From Octopus sinensis (lineage: Eukaryota): DNA of 64,000 nt. Positions within the stretch are counted from its first letter, which is position 1, and each line of letters starts with the position of its first letter. The stretch lies in assembly GCF_006345805.1 (NCBI RefSeq), contig NC_042998.1, positions 141,732,001 to 141,796,000 on the forward strand, given 5' to 3'. The notes beneath the pieces were generated by a model that saw nothing but the letters and a program-made list of their open reading frames with translations, made no database searches and was not told where the DNA came from. Below, piece by piece: positions 1 through 13,279 of the stretch. A program made the position numbers and the translations under genes.

Positions 1-1847
1 AAATGATAAAACAGTTTTTAAAAAATCCAAATTATAACTTCATGAGATAAAAGTTAAAAACAGCCTGAAACTAACCTGCAATATAATTAACAACAACACC
101 AACAACAACAATAATAATATTGGAAGTATCAGCACTCAACTACCAACATGGCTCAAAAAAATTGGTACAAAAGTTGATCAAAGAGAAAGAAGAAAAACTA
201 AACAACTATGTGGGAAATATGAAGGTTGTGGTCAATGAAGAGAGTAGACATGATATCAGTAGTAATTGGTGCACTTGGGAGTGCCAGCAATCAACTACCA
301 ACATGGCTCAAAAAGTTTGGTGCAAATGTAAAGATAGAACACCTACAAAAATCAGCATTGCTTGGAAGAGCAAGAATTTTTAGCAGGGTTCTTGAAGCAT
401 GACCAGTAAACAAGTGTCACCTTAGTCTGCTGGTTGTCATCACACCCAGCAAAATAAGCTGAGAGTTTTCATCAAATAATAATTTCAGAGTTTGGCACAA
501 GTCCAGCAGGTTCAGGGGAGGGTGCTAGTCAATTACATTGACCCCTATGCTCAACTGGTACTTATTTTATCAACCCCAAAAGGATGAAAGGCAAAGTCAA
601 CCTCAGTTTGAATTCAGAATGTAAAGATGGGCAAAATGCCACTATGCATTTTGCCCAGTGTACTAATGATTCTGTCAACTCACTTGCCTTAAAAAAAAAA
701 AATAATAATGGTTTCATTGGCCACAAGGGCCCATAAAATCAATATACGAAACATGTCAAAAAAGGAAGTTTCAAATGAAGCAGAGATGCACACACACAGT
801 GTCAAGCTTCAATTTGTAACAAATTAGAAATAACACAGATTTGATTTAGTATGAATTATAAATTGATACCACTGTTCATCAAGTACAAATACTAAATTCG
901 ATTAAGGAGGAATTTTTTAAGTGTGAACATTAAAAAATCTGTTTGTCTTATGACATGGTGACTCATCAGCAGTCAGTTTGCTTTTGGCTGTTGTCATCCA
1001 GTGATGATTTGCTGCAGTTATTTATGAATTTTCAAATACAGCTGGTATGCTGGTTGTCATTTTCAACTGATTGATATGGTATAGGGGGAAGATGCCACTG
1101 TCTATATTGCAATTATCTTAATCCTATAAGCTGCCCCCAGTAAATATGAAAGAAGGGAAAAATATTTCTATTGCCGAAAGAAAGAGATACTATGGCATGG
1201 AAGCAAGAATTTGATGTAAAAGGAGCTGTAGACATCGTGGTGATAGCAATTTGAAAATTGGCAGTAATCTTAGCATATATAAATCATCATCATCATCATT
1301 TTAACATCCACTTTACCCACATTTGCATGGGTCAAGCAAAATGTATTAGGGTAGATTTTCTATGGTCAGATGTCCCTCTATCACTAACCCTCACCTTTTT
1401 TTTCCAAGTAAAGTAATATCCACCCCATGACCAGATATGTTTTCTTTTCATAGAGGATTGGAAATGATGGATACCACTTGTATTACAGAGACTCATTTAC
1501 AACCATCACATAATGTCAAGTCAAGGAAACAGCAACAAACACATACACACACAACAACAAGCTTCCTTCAGTTTTCGCCAACCAAATCCACTCAAAAGGC
1601 TTTGGTTAGTCTGAGGCTATAGTTGAAGACATTTGGCCAAGGTGCTCTACAATGCAGCTGAACCCAAAGCTATGTGGTTGGAAAGCAAACTTCTTAAACA
1701 CAAGGCCATGCCTACACCTTCAACAACTGCATGAAGCAAAATAAAAAACAAAACATGCAACTGAAACAAAAGTTAAAAAAAGGTTAATTCGCATCAGACT
1801 TTTTTGGTGGTTTACAAACAACTACAAGAAATAGAAGAACCACTGCC

Positions 1848-2220
1848 ATGATAGAAATGAAACATCCTGCTGTATGAATTGAGGATTGTGATGAAAAAAA
1901 AATGTATTTCTCTCTCCAAAACTATAATTCAATCAAAAGTGTTGAGTACATTTACAGCTGTTAAAATTAATGGCAATCAAACCAACACTAAAGAGACATT
2001 TAATACAAGTGCTTGCTGGGTTTGAATGATTTAAGAAGAGAATTCATCAAAATAACGTAAAAGTTAGTGGAGAGTCGAGCAACACTGATAAAGAAGCTAC
2101 TGAAAAGAACTCTACTTTTTGATTTTTTGAAAGAAAATATTCAACAAAGATGGATAAACAAAACAACAAAATAAATTAACATGGACAAAACCAGATTATT
2201 TTGGAAAATGTGCCTCCAAA
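1848..2220 (+). pseudogene. Degenerate pogo/Tigger-family DNA transposase fragment (CENP-B-type HTH into start of DDE domain)
   Basis: Manual translation with stops and frameshifts gives MIEMKHPAV*IEDCDEKKCISLSKTIIQSKVLSTF...AGFE*FKKRIHQNNVKVSGESSNTDKEATEK...MDKTRLFWKM. This matches the pogo/Tigger motifs 'W-F-x-RFKKR...K-x-SGESASAD' and 'DETGLFWK'. Confidence 0.65.
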
Positions 2221-3400
2221 ATGTTGCATTTCTAAAAAGGAAAAATCCGAACTAAGACTGAAAGTTTGTAAGACCTGGCAGTGCTGGTTATGATGATGAG
2301 TGTTCCAGCTGATTTGATCAATGGAACATCCTGCTAGTGAAATTAATGTGCAAGTTGCTAAGCAATATTCATATAAGTACCCTTAGCATAGTTCTCAGGG
2401 CAATTCAGTGGGACACAGAATGTGACAACACGGTTGGCCCTTTGAATTACAGTTACAGCTCATTTTTGCCAGCTGAGTGGACTGGAGCAATGTGAAATAA
2501 GGTGTCTTGCTTAAGGACACAACATGCCACTGGGAATTGAACTTATGACCTTACAATCATAAGCTGAATACCCTAACCACTAAACCATATGTCTTCATAG
2601 TTTGTAAGGAACATCTGAAGAAATAAATAGAAGATGGAAAAAAGTGGAAGATATGTAGATGAAAATTTCAAGGTAAAGGTGAATTAGTCACGAATCAGCC
2701 CCACAACAAATCGGTCCCTACTCCTCCCATCATACATTAGCCTGTTTGTACCTCACATAAAACAACCACTCAATCTCTTATTCTTCCTCTCAGGCAAGAG
2801 ACTCTTTAGTTTTGTGTGTGACAAGGCAACCTCACTTGTGCTGGTGCTACAGAAAATGTACCCAATACACTCCTTTAAGTGGATGGTATTAGGAAAGGCA
2901 TCCAGCTGTAAAATTCATGTCGAAAGTGAGACACCAAAGCAACATGTTGTCCTGCAATCCATTGGGTTTTATATAAACAATTAAACCAGAGACAGTGTGG
3001 AAACCAAACATAAAAATGACGATGGTGATGATGGATGGTAATATACACATGTACATTCTTGCATACATGTTTATACATACATCAAACACCTTAGATGAAC
3101 AATAACTAAAACAAACAGTGGATTGATCTGGTGATAAGAACCTGCAGGAATCTGAACTTCCTTCTGATGAATGTGAGGTGGTGGTGGTGGTGGTGTGCAG
3201 AAATCTAGAGAACAGGAATGAATGATAACAACATTCATTTAGCTTGGTACCTTTACAATCTGAGTTCAAATCCCATCAGGCCTTTCATTTCATTCTTCTG
3301 GTATTAATAAAGCACCAGATACATAATGGATTTGTGTCAGTCAATTATACTCTTGTACCCAGTTCCAATGTAAGAAAGAACACTATTATCATCATCATCA

Positions 3401-3437
<37 letters not shown>

Positions 3438-3502
3438 CATCATCATTATTATAGACTAGGCCACTGCAAACAGTGTCCATTGCATAATATTTTTAATTCA
3501 TT

Positions 3503-3547
3503 GCAAACTGATGAAGTTGAAACAATTTCCAGTGAAACTAGACTTGC
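3503..3547 (+). ncRNA. Decayed minimal type I hammerhead ribozyme motif
   Basis: GCAA-a-CUGAUGA-aguugaaa-caa-uuuccagu-GAA-ACUAGA-C-UUGC. The core and GAAA are intact. Stem II has mismatches, and U16.1 is changed to A (ACUAGU expected). Confidence 0.45.
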
Positions 3548-3708
3548 CATGACAGCAAAGAAAAGCTGAAAAATTGTATGGTGACCTAACAAAGAATTTC
3601 TTTCCCCATGAACAGTTTTATATTACCTTGTCCAGAACAGGAGCGGTCTGTTTGAAGAATACTGAAGAATTTAATGCTAAGAAAGGAGATTTTATTAACA
3701 ACTATTTT

Positions 3709-3750
<42 letters not shown>

Positions 3751-4849
3751 TATTATTATTATTAGTATTATTAAATAATGAGATTCTATAAATTATTGGC
3801 TACTTCTATTAGTTTCAAACTGTTCATGTTGCTTAGTTCTTTGTTATCAACTAAGCTTGGTTTCATTAATCAATACTTTAACAAGATTAAGGTACACTAA
3901 CATAGCAGACCTGCATGAGTGGGACATTTATCTGCTGCAGCTGCTAATTATAATAATAATTGTTTCAAATTTTGGCACAAGGCCAGCAATTTTAGGGGTG
4001 GGGAGATTAGTTGATTACATCAACTCTCAACTGGTACTTTAAAGAGCTGGAAGAAATTCTACTAAGCAATTTGTCTAATGACTCTGATGATTCGCTACCT
4101 TATAATAATTCTTCCTAATATAAGCACAAGGCCTAAAATTTTGGGGCAGTGGGTTAGACAGTTAAATCAACCTAAGTATTTAACATGCTTTATTTTATTA
4201 AGCCTGAAAGATCGGAAGAATTTGAACTTAGAACTGGAAGAAGTGTTGCCTAGCATTTTGTCCAGTGCACTAACGATTCTGACAGCTTGCCTCCTTAATA
4301 ATAGTAATGACATTAATTTCTTTTATCATAATGATTTAACAATAATGATCAGCAAATTGATATAATTTTTTTTAAAAATTAGAAAATTAACTTAGATATA
4401 TTTATTGTATAGCAGATTAAAAATAAATGTTGGCTTGGAGGAAAAAAGTAGGAAGAAGATATAGAAAAAGCATAAATACATCAGATCTAAATTTAAGTAC
4501 CCATCTGCCTTCAAAAAAAAAAAAAAAAGGGAAAAAGGAAAAGAAAAAAACTATATAAAATATCTTTAGAATATATAATTTTCATTGAGTGCATGATAGA
4601 GAAGATAAGTTAGACAGCGGAAAAAGTGAATAAGGGTTGAAAGAATGTAACTAATGGCAAACATTAATGGAAAATAGAAATAAATTGGACACAAGGAATA
4701 GAAGACAAGCATAAAAAAATAATAAAGGAACTGCAAGTAAATCAAGTTGGCAATGATTCTGGTATGGTTGAATGAAAGAGCTGGAGGGTTCTAAGGAGAT
4801 GAATGAGTTCAAATTTTGTTAGCAGCTTAGGAATGCAATCTAGGTGCAT

Positions 4850-5130
4850 TCTAGGGAATTGCAATGTTTATGTCAAAATTGCATGAAAATATATTGTTAT
4901 ATAATTTTCCTTCATTATTTCTGGATTTCCATCTTATATGTCTTTACACGGAGTAATTAAGGGTTGGGTTGGTTGACTTTCTTTAATTTTCAAATACATC
5001 TTTGCTATTTTGGGGAGGAAGGGGCTTACCATAAACTCTCTTGGGATCTAATTAAGGCTTTCTCTCATTACTGGAACTCTAGGAAAGTAATTTTCATTAG
5101 CAGTGGAATCTTTTAAGATGTAATTAAATA
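4850..5130 (-). pseudogene. Possible highly decayed DNA transposase relic (Sola-like)
   Basis: Minus-strand frames give 'FLPKIAKMYLKIKE' followed by 'KLYNNIFSCNFDINIAIP', reminiscent of the 'KMY...YRxIFNxxFNIxF' region of Sola-type transposases. There are many stops; recognition is from memory only. Confidence 0.25.
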
Positions 5131-8100
5131 TTTGCTCTCTTTTTTTTTTACCAAATAAGTTTAAAATAAATAAATACATAAACAAATATACATTTCTTTC
5201 ACCATAATTTCTTTATATATATATGTGTGTGTGTGTATAAGATCCAGGGATCGAGGTGTAGGAAGAAAGTTAGCTTCAAGCAATCCATAGTAAATATAAA
5301 AAAAACAACTTTCAGGGACAATAGTGTTTTATTGAAATGGAAGGTTGTGGATTTTCTTCATATTGAAGTACAATAAACTGAAAAAAGTTCTTTTTATATT
5401 TCATGGTAGATGATCAAGGTTATATATATCATCATCATCATCATTCAATGCCCATCTTCCATGCTGGCATGGGTTGCATGGTTTGACAGGAGATGGCAAG
5501 TTGGAGGGCTGCACCAGGCTCCAATCAGCTGTTTTGGCATAGTTTCTTTGGCTGGATGCCCTTTCTAATGCCAACCACTTTACAAAGTGTACTGTGTGCT
5601 ATTTATGTGGTGTCAGCATGGGTGCTTTTTTTACATGGGGTTGGCATAGGATATAATATATATAATTACAAACAAGGAGAATGGCATGATCAAATCATTT
5701 TATTACATTCATTTACAGTTGTTTCGTCTGAATTTGATCTCATGAATATTTCTATATTATGCAATAATACAGGCAACTATTGATTCATGAGGTGTCATTG
5801 ACACAAATTGAAATTCAACTCTTTAGAATTATGCATAGAAGTTATTTGCTGAAGATACTTGAATTATCAATAATTTATACCCATATTCAGCTGGGTGTGT
5901 TTACATGGTTACATTTGCATATTACAAGTAGCTGGAAAGAGAGATAGAGATGTTGGTGGCTTAGTGTTGGGACATATCTCATCAACATCATTATCTAATG
6001 TCCATGGATTGGACAATTTGACAAGATCTGATAGGTTCAAAGACTGTAACATGCTACGATGTTTCCTTGGCATGATTTCCCCAGCTGATGCCCTTCCTAA
6101 CACCAACCACTTTACATCATATACTGGCTACATTTTTCATGGCACCAGTATTAATGAGCTTCCCATGCAGCCTTCAAGACTGAGATACCCTTCAACTGAG
6201 TGAACAAAGGATATAGTAATGAGGTAGACTACTTTATACTATGGGATGAGGGGTTAATGTGTGAGAAAAGGGGTCAGAACAGAACAGGTTTCTTATTGCA
6301 GAAGAACTACAAGGCCAATTACATTATAGAAGAGAGAGTGGAAGTGGTGATATATAAATCACAAGATGTTAATGGTAGGCTTTATGAAATCTACTTTTAT
6401 ATTGTATTAACAAAAAAAAGTAAAAATAAATATTTTCAGTTGGAATTCACTGAGCCAAAGATATACCAAAATATACTCCAAGCAGAATGTACAAAATAAT
6501 CTAATGTATAACTACCATTTGCCTACAGAGGCTTTTAAATTAGAAATTAATTTTCAACTCACTTCAAGCAGTAGCAGCAGACAATTTTTTTTTTCAAATT
6601 AACCACAAAGAAATAAAATAAAAGAACTCTGCCTGCTTCTCAAAAGTCATTATAGTATGTTGCACAGCTAATAATCTCTTCAGAAATTTTAACAAAGTAT
6701 GAAACCATTATTTATCTTGAGACACTGCCTTGAGTTCTTCAACCAAATATTGCATTGTATTCGACAAAGCCTGGTTGTTTGTTCTGTAGTGATTCTAACT
6801 ATTGGTAGAAATCTTATCTATTTTGATTGTCTTGAATTGTTTTCCTTCCAGCTATTAACATTGTCTTCTATGAAACCTTGTTATTCCAAGGTGACTTTAG
6901 CACTTGGTTGCAGTTTCCAACAGATTCAATTGAGTTTTCCAGCCACTTTACCATAATAGATACTACACAGTTCAGTCATTCTAATGTGACTTTAACAATT
7001 GTCACAAGTTTTACAAATTTCAAGCAATATCAATTGTAAGATTTAGGCTGGATATAAAAATCATGGCTATAAAACCTTGTTATCCTATAACTTTAATGTT
7101 TTAATACATGATTGGCCAAGTTAGCCAATTATCAACCACATATTATGCTAGAGAGAAGGAAATGGTTGTTTCAAAGTGATAATTAGCTAGATAAATATGT
7201 ATGTATGTATGATTTTTCTTTGAATTCTATTTAAGTTCTTCTTGAGAGAGTTCAAGCTGATCACTAACAAAGTAACAAGACTTTTTGAATTTGGATTGCA
7301 AGAATTTTTGTGCTAAAAGAGGTCCCAGTGTTTGTAAATATGTGGTTAAGTTGGTATGTTTGGTGAACTGTCGAAGCATACACCCAAGTGTGTACATCTA
7401 TTCAGGTGGAGAATTTTTGTAATGTCTAACAAACCGGAGAATCTGTGTCAATTTCTTTTGCTCATTCTCCGAGGAACCAAGTATTTCTATTTTTTTTTCA
7501 AATTTGTTGGTATGTAATTATGTGTGTGTGCACGCATGTATGTATGTATGTGTGTGTGAGTGTGTGTATGTTTGTGTCGCCTTGTCTTAACACTGTGTGA
7601 TAGTGATAGTTGTAAATGAGTGTCACTGTTATACAAGCAATGTCATTCATTCCAAAAACATGTCTGGCCATGAGGAAATATTACCTTGCTTGAAAACAGG
7701 TGAGGGTTGGAGACAGGAAGAACATCAAACCATAGAAAATCTGCCTCAAGAAAATCCATCTGATCCATGAAAGTACGGAAAAGTGGACATTAAACAATGA
7801 TGATATATAATGAGAGTGAGTGTATGTATGTATGTAGGTGTGTGTGTGTGTATGTATATATATATATATCACTACTATGGATCCAGTACTGATGTATAGT
7901 GGCATTAATTGCCAGGAATTTGAATCTCATCAAAGGGTTAACATGTAGTCATGACAACAAAACAGAAACAATAAACTAATAGCTGCTCCTGGTGTATACA
8001 CACAACTCTATGTTATCCATTTAAGTTTACTGTCCAGCAGATTTCCAACACTGTTCCTTTTATTACTCAGCAAAATTTCCAGCAGACTTTCTAAATTATC

Positions 8101-9613
8101 TCTAGACATCTTAACATGGTGTTTTATTGTTCACCAGATATTCAACACTGCATGTTCACTACACATTGGACACCTTATTGACAACTAATGAGCATGTGTG
8201 TGTGAGGGAAAGAGAGAGAGGGAAGGGGGAAGAGAGAGAGGTAGGAAGAGACTGGAGAGAGTTGAGAAGAGGAGAGGGGAAGAAAGGTGATTGAGAGAAA
8301 AACAGAAGAGGGTGAGAGGAGGGGGAGAAGCAGGAGAGACAACTGAGAGAGAGGAAAGGTAGAGGAAGTGTGGGAAGAGAGGAAGAAAGAGGAGCGAGAA
8401 AGCTGCAAGGAATGGGATGGAAAATAAAAGTGCATAATAAATGCTGAACATGAAAAATAAAATAAAACAAAAAAATAAAATTATGCAGCATGCTAGGAAT
8501 GGTAGATCTTGATATGCACATCTCAGAAAATTAGGCAAAACAGACACCGAAAACCGAAAAAGAAAAAGGAAAAAAAAAAATCATACAAATACTGAAGAGA
8601 TGGAATGAGGTGAAGAAGGGGCTTGTCAAATTATCATTGGAATGGTAGTTGGCAAGAAGGCAATGATATTTGGGTTTAACAATGATAAACATGCTCGCAC
8701 AATGCCATCCTTTCTTTTAATAGAACACATGTGCACACACATACACACACACACACACACACAAACATTTTCATTTACAGATCATGGAGATGGTTGGAGT
8801 GTATCTGTTTAAGCTGAAAATATCTTTGCAATGTTGATTTTTATTTATTTACTTTATTTCGAAAGAATCATCATTATCACCACCATCATTATCATTTTTA
8901 TTCTGCTTCTTTTGAGGAAATCCTCTTTATGTCATAATTTTTTTTAAATGTGTTTGTTTATTTATTACCTACAACTAGCAGTAAGAAAACGTTTCATGCA
9001 TTTGATCAGACAAGATTCTAATTTTTTTAACGTCTAGCTTTAAATACTGACACACAACTACAACATATGTCCAATCCTGTACAGATATCAACTGCATAAA
9101 CCTAACAAAATAGCTTCCAAGCAGAAGACCATCTATCTAACAGCTGGGAGTGAGAAACCCTGAATCTTTGTTTAGACATCTCTTTTAGAGGAGGAAAACT
9201 GATGTAACACTTGTGATTTTGTCTGCATCTAATGATGTTGACTAGTTCTTGTTTAGAAAGTGGGACTGGCCCTGTACAAGACCTTTCCTCACTTTATAAT
9301 AAAGCTTCAGGCATAGGCATCACTTGGTTTTTCACATCACTGTTATGTATTGCATATGGCTGATAGTAGCTGGAAAATGCAAAACACTCAATGAAAAATT
9401 CCGTGAGAGAATGATGGCATATGTCAGTATGGTAGGTAAGCTCTCTGAATACCTGCTGTAAGAGTTGCTCATCATTGCTATGTTTTTTGGTGCAAAAGTG
9501 TGTTGGTCCCTGGCAGGGTTGAAAAGCCACATCCAAACTACTCTTATTTAAGAGCAGATTCAAGTAATGACTTAGCTCAAAACTGAGCTACCACCACCAC
9601 CACCATCATCATC

Positions 9614-9649
<36 letters not shown>

Positions 9650-10767
9650 TAAAACAAAATGAGTATGATTGTGAGATAAGCATGAAACAATGCATGAAAT
9701 GAGGTAAGCAAAACACATAGCACTGTGAAAGCATAGAAATATGAAAAGAAATAACAGTAAGGGATGCATGTGTACAATGAAAATAAACACACACACACAC
9801 ACCACACACACATATTGCCATCTGTGTATCAGACTAGATGTATATACACTGTCAGAAGGCAAAATGGTGTGTAATTGTCTGAGATAAAAATCTCTTTATA
9901 GACTTGTGTTAAAAACACAATAAACATTGGAACACAACAAGCATCACCACTGCAGTGTGTATGTACTTTCAATTGTCCTCTTTAGGTTGAACAGGGCTAA
10001 TGGGCTTGAAGTTCTCTTCTGACCCAGTTTAGTCTCAGGGTTGACTCCCTTAGCCTTCAGCTCTTCACTTGCACTGAGAGACAATGAGGGTTTATACTTG
10101 GAAACATCCTTTTTCTGATCTAACTGCTAAGCCCAGACTGCCAGCCCAGATCCTGTCTGTCCACTTATATACCACCAGTGTAGCTGTGGACACAGTAGTA
10201 CCTTCCCTTAGAGACATGCCTTAACAAAAAGCTGAGGAGTACCTCACTCCCTGTGGACTTAACAGCAAATTTTCAAAAGAGAAGTTATCATTATTTCTAA
10301 ACTACAGCACTGGGACTGAAGGTTTATAGTGAGGAGGCGGTAGAGATGAATTTGATAATGGTGGTATAATGTAAGGGTAATGGCAGTGAGATTTCCAGTA
10401 GCAGTAAAGGGGATGAAGAAATAAGTGGAGGCTCATAATACAACTGGGGTAGATTCAAAGACAAAAGAATGGTAATATATTATGACATGCACCAATAATT
10501 ATGGATATATAATTTTGAAATATTTCTTTTGTGGAAGGGGAGACAGAAGCAAAGAGAAAATCAGACAGGCAAACAGCCAGAAACTTTCAGCCCACAGGAT
10601 AGTTATAGGAATTGCAGAAGGGAATTAACAGCCATGTTGCCAAATAAAACTAACATTGAAACACGCATGTGTGTGTGTGTGTGTGTGGTGTGTGTGTGTG
10701 TGAGTAAGTGAGAGAGAGAAAGGAAAGGAAAGAAGAATTTTTACACAGAGTCAATCCATCAGCTGTG

Positions 10768-10991
10768 TTGACTCAAGCATTTAAACCAACCATATCTGGC
10801 CCAAATATTCTACCTGTTTTATGTTCAAACTGGCCAGATCTTGCCTCTCACACCTGCCCCACAATGTCATTCTAAAAATAACAATCACCCCATTGAACTC
10901 CCAAAGCTACAAGATAGTGCGTGAGTAATTCAAAACAATGTGAATAAAAAGTATTACATTTGACAGAGCAATATGTATGTTAGGTGGTTAA
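10768..10991 (-). mobile_element. piggyBac-type TTAA MITE, diverged copy (family of 13054-13279)
   Basis: Reverse complement aligns by eye to 13054-13279 and the right end is GGTTAA. Confidence 0.6.
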
Positions 10992-11334
10992 TGGAAACAA
11001 CTAAATAAGGTTCATGCCCATAGGTACTTTAAAAAAATTGTGAAGATTGTGTATGTGTAGAAAAATATACATCTCCACATCAAACTTACTGCCTCGAGCC
11101 TAACTTATCTACAAGTCACACTGAAGGGTACTTATACAGTTCCATATAAGGGTATCCAGAACACAGTCTTGTGAATGGATACCTCTATACAATTATACCC
11201 AGGTAAGATTATTGGTACCTTACATTGAGATTCTTGCCATCTGCCAAAGAATTGATTCTTTAATCACTTAATATTAATTGTGCCAGTTTGGATATGTTAA
11301 ATGAATGCCCCTCAATAATTGTACATAATCTTGT

Positions 11335-11615
11335 AAAGCAGCTTAACTTGCACAATTTCAAACAAACAAAACCTTTAATAACCCCAAATTAGCAACATTA
11401 TTAATTCATATCTACTTATCAAAACTCTGCCTAAAAATAATGTGCCACATAAAAATGTTCTAAATAAAATGTTTCCATTCTCAGCTATAAATATTAATGC
11501 AGATCCAAGTGATCCATACTTTACACTAAATCCTGAAACCAATCCTGATTCCCCTTTAGTAAAATCAAAAGGCAATAGATAGGTTTCTGTAATTCTATCC
11601 TAAACATAATATGAG
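11335..11615 (-). pseudogene. nad1: NUMT: nuclear copy of a mitochondrial NADH dehydrogenase subunit 1 fragment
   Basis: Translation ITETYLLPFDFTKGESGLVSGFSVKYGSLGSALxFxAENGNILFxTFLCGTLFLG matches the conserved ND1 motif AETNRxPFDFAEGESELVSGFNVEYxxxxFALIFxAEYxNILF. It is T-rich as in mollusc nad1 and carries substitutions at invariant sites plus a stop. Boundaries are approximate. Confidence 0.9.
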
Positions 11616-11703
11616 AAACGGATCAAGAGAAGGGAGTTAACTGTTTTGATACTACAATGTAAACTTGCTGCTTTAAAGTGATTTAACTTGAAACTTGCCT
11701 TTG

Positions 11704-11993
11704 AAACTTCATGTTAATTTATGTTCCAAACACCAGCTTAATAATGATAAAATTATTTCACTAAATTCTTCATTATATTCAAAATTAATTGAAACAAAAG
11801 CAGTGTAGTTCAAAAGAAATATAGTAACAAAAGTGTCGAAATGATCTAAATTAAAATCTTCCATTAAAACTTCATGTAAGTTTCTGTTCCAAACACAAGC
11901 TTAATAATGACAAGGTTATTTTTCTAAATTCATTATTTCCTAAATTAACTGAAATGAAAGCAGTGTAATTTAATACAAATTTAGTAACAAAAG
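11704..11993 (+). repeat. Two tandem diverged ~130-bp direct repeats (period ~163 bp), probably MITE remnants
   Basis: aaacttcatgt...gttccaaacac.agcttaataatga...aaagcagtgta...agtaacaaaag occurs at about 11704-11833 and 11867-11993. Confidence 0.7.
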
Positions 11994-13053
11994 ATTACAA
12001 ACAACTGAAAATTGCTTTGACCAAGTGCAACAATGCAGTGAAAACCAAGGAGCTATTGCTGTCAACTCTAATAACTGACAACACCTCAGCTGTCATCCAG
12101 TGAAGCAACTGGAAATTAAGAGAAGAATCAGTGGAAATCAAAGAAGACACAGGTGACAGATACCCATCCAGGTATGTCACATAACTGCTTGCATACCCAT
12201 GTTTCAACTGCAGTAAATATTTGTGGTTCCTGCATGGGACTCTAAAAGCATCAAAGTGTACACAAGACTGTTGGTGGAAACAGTAGGCTGGCTACAATAG
12301 ACATCTAAGCAAAAGCAGTAGTCTACTACTACCTATGCTAACAATATTTTAAGGTTAAAAGACCCTAAAAATTATAAAACCACTTCAATTATCATCATAT
12401 ATATTAGACATGAAGTGAGTGTGGGTAATTGACACTAACAAGGTTTTGTAATTGATTCAAATACTTTTCAACTGATCCAGTTCGCTTAAACATCAGTCAG
12501 TCTCTCACTCTCTCTCTCTTCTCTTTTTCTCATAATTATATTTTCACTTGATATACAGTTATAACAATCTTAACTCACTTAAAGGAATAGAGTATAAAGT
12601 GGAGGAGGAGTATAAAGGAGCAAGAAGACTGAACTCAGGAATGAAGCAGGTGGAATGAAGTGTGTGTACAGAAATAGTCTTTACAATTACACAAAACAAG
12701 ACAAGTGGGTGCTAATCATTAGACCAAATTGCTAGAGTGGCAGACAGTTCTAAAAATTGCTCCTGTTAAGACATTGTTAGTCTGAAGCTTTGAATTCTCT
12801 TTCAATGACAATGTTCAAATCAATATGGACTTGTTATTCATAAATTCTATTGTTTAACTCTTTCCAAATGAAGACAAGGTGGTATCACTAAAAATCATCA
12901 TCATCATCATCATTTTTATGTCCACTTTCCCATGCTTGCATGGGTTGCACAGAATTTATCAAGGCAGATTTACTATGCTTGGATGCCCTTCCTGTCATCA
13001 ACCTTTACTAGTTTCCAAGCAATGTAATATTTCCCCATACCCTGACATGTCTT

Positions 13054-13279
13054 TTAACCCTTTAGCATTCAGGATACTATATCAAATATGTTTATTTATT
13101 CACATTGTTTTGAATTAATCCAACTATTATCTTCCAACTTCGAGATTTCAGTAATGTGGTAATATATTTTTGGAATGACATTGTAGGGTAGGTATGAAAG
13201 GTCAGTTCTAACTAGTTTGAACATAAAACAGGCAGAATATTTGGGCTGGATATGGTTGGTTTAAATACTAAAGGGTTAA
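13054..13279 (+). mobile_element. piggyBac-type MITE with TTAA target duplication, inserted in a SINE-like repeat
   Basis: TTAA-CCCTTTAGCATTCA ... TTTAAATACTAAAGGG-TTAA shows CCCTTTAG termini and TTAA on both sides. Confidence 0.85.

Noticed and set aside
120-383. 87-aa ORF at the window start
   Set aside because: It contains an internal ~30-bp duplication (caactaccaacatggctcaaaaa), and no recognisable domain or splice context is present.
935-985. Minus-strand CUGAUGA-GUC...GAC-AAAC hammerhead-like string
   Set aside because: G12 is missing and there is no complementary stem I after the putative cleavage site.
5700-5760. Minus-strand GAC-GAAAC-aacu-GUA-aaugaau, resembling the 3' half of a hammerhead
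   Set aside because: The CUGANGA core is absent and would need a hypothetical 6-nt deletion to restore.
7230-7490. Minus-strand ~90-codon frame with one stop, followed by GUGAUCA-GCUUGA..UCAAG, a possible third G3:C8 relic
   Set aside because: There is no GAAA or stem I after stem II and the peptide cannot be assigned. It is too degraded to support, but worth including in a family search.
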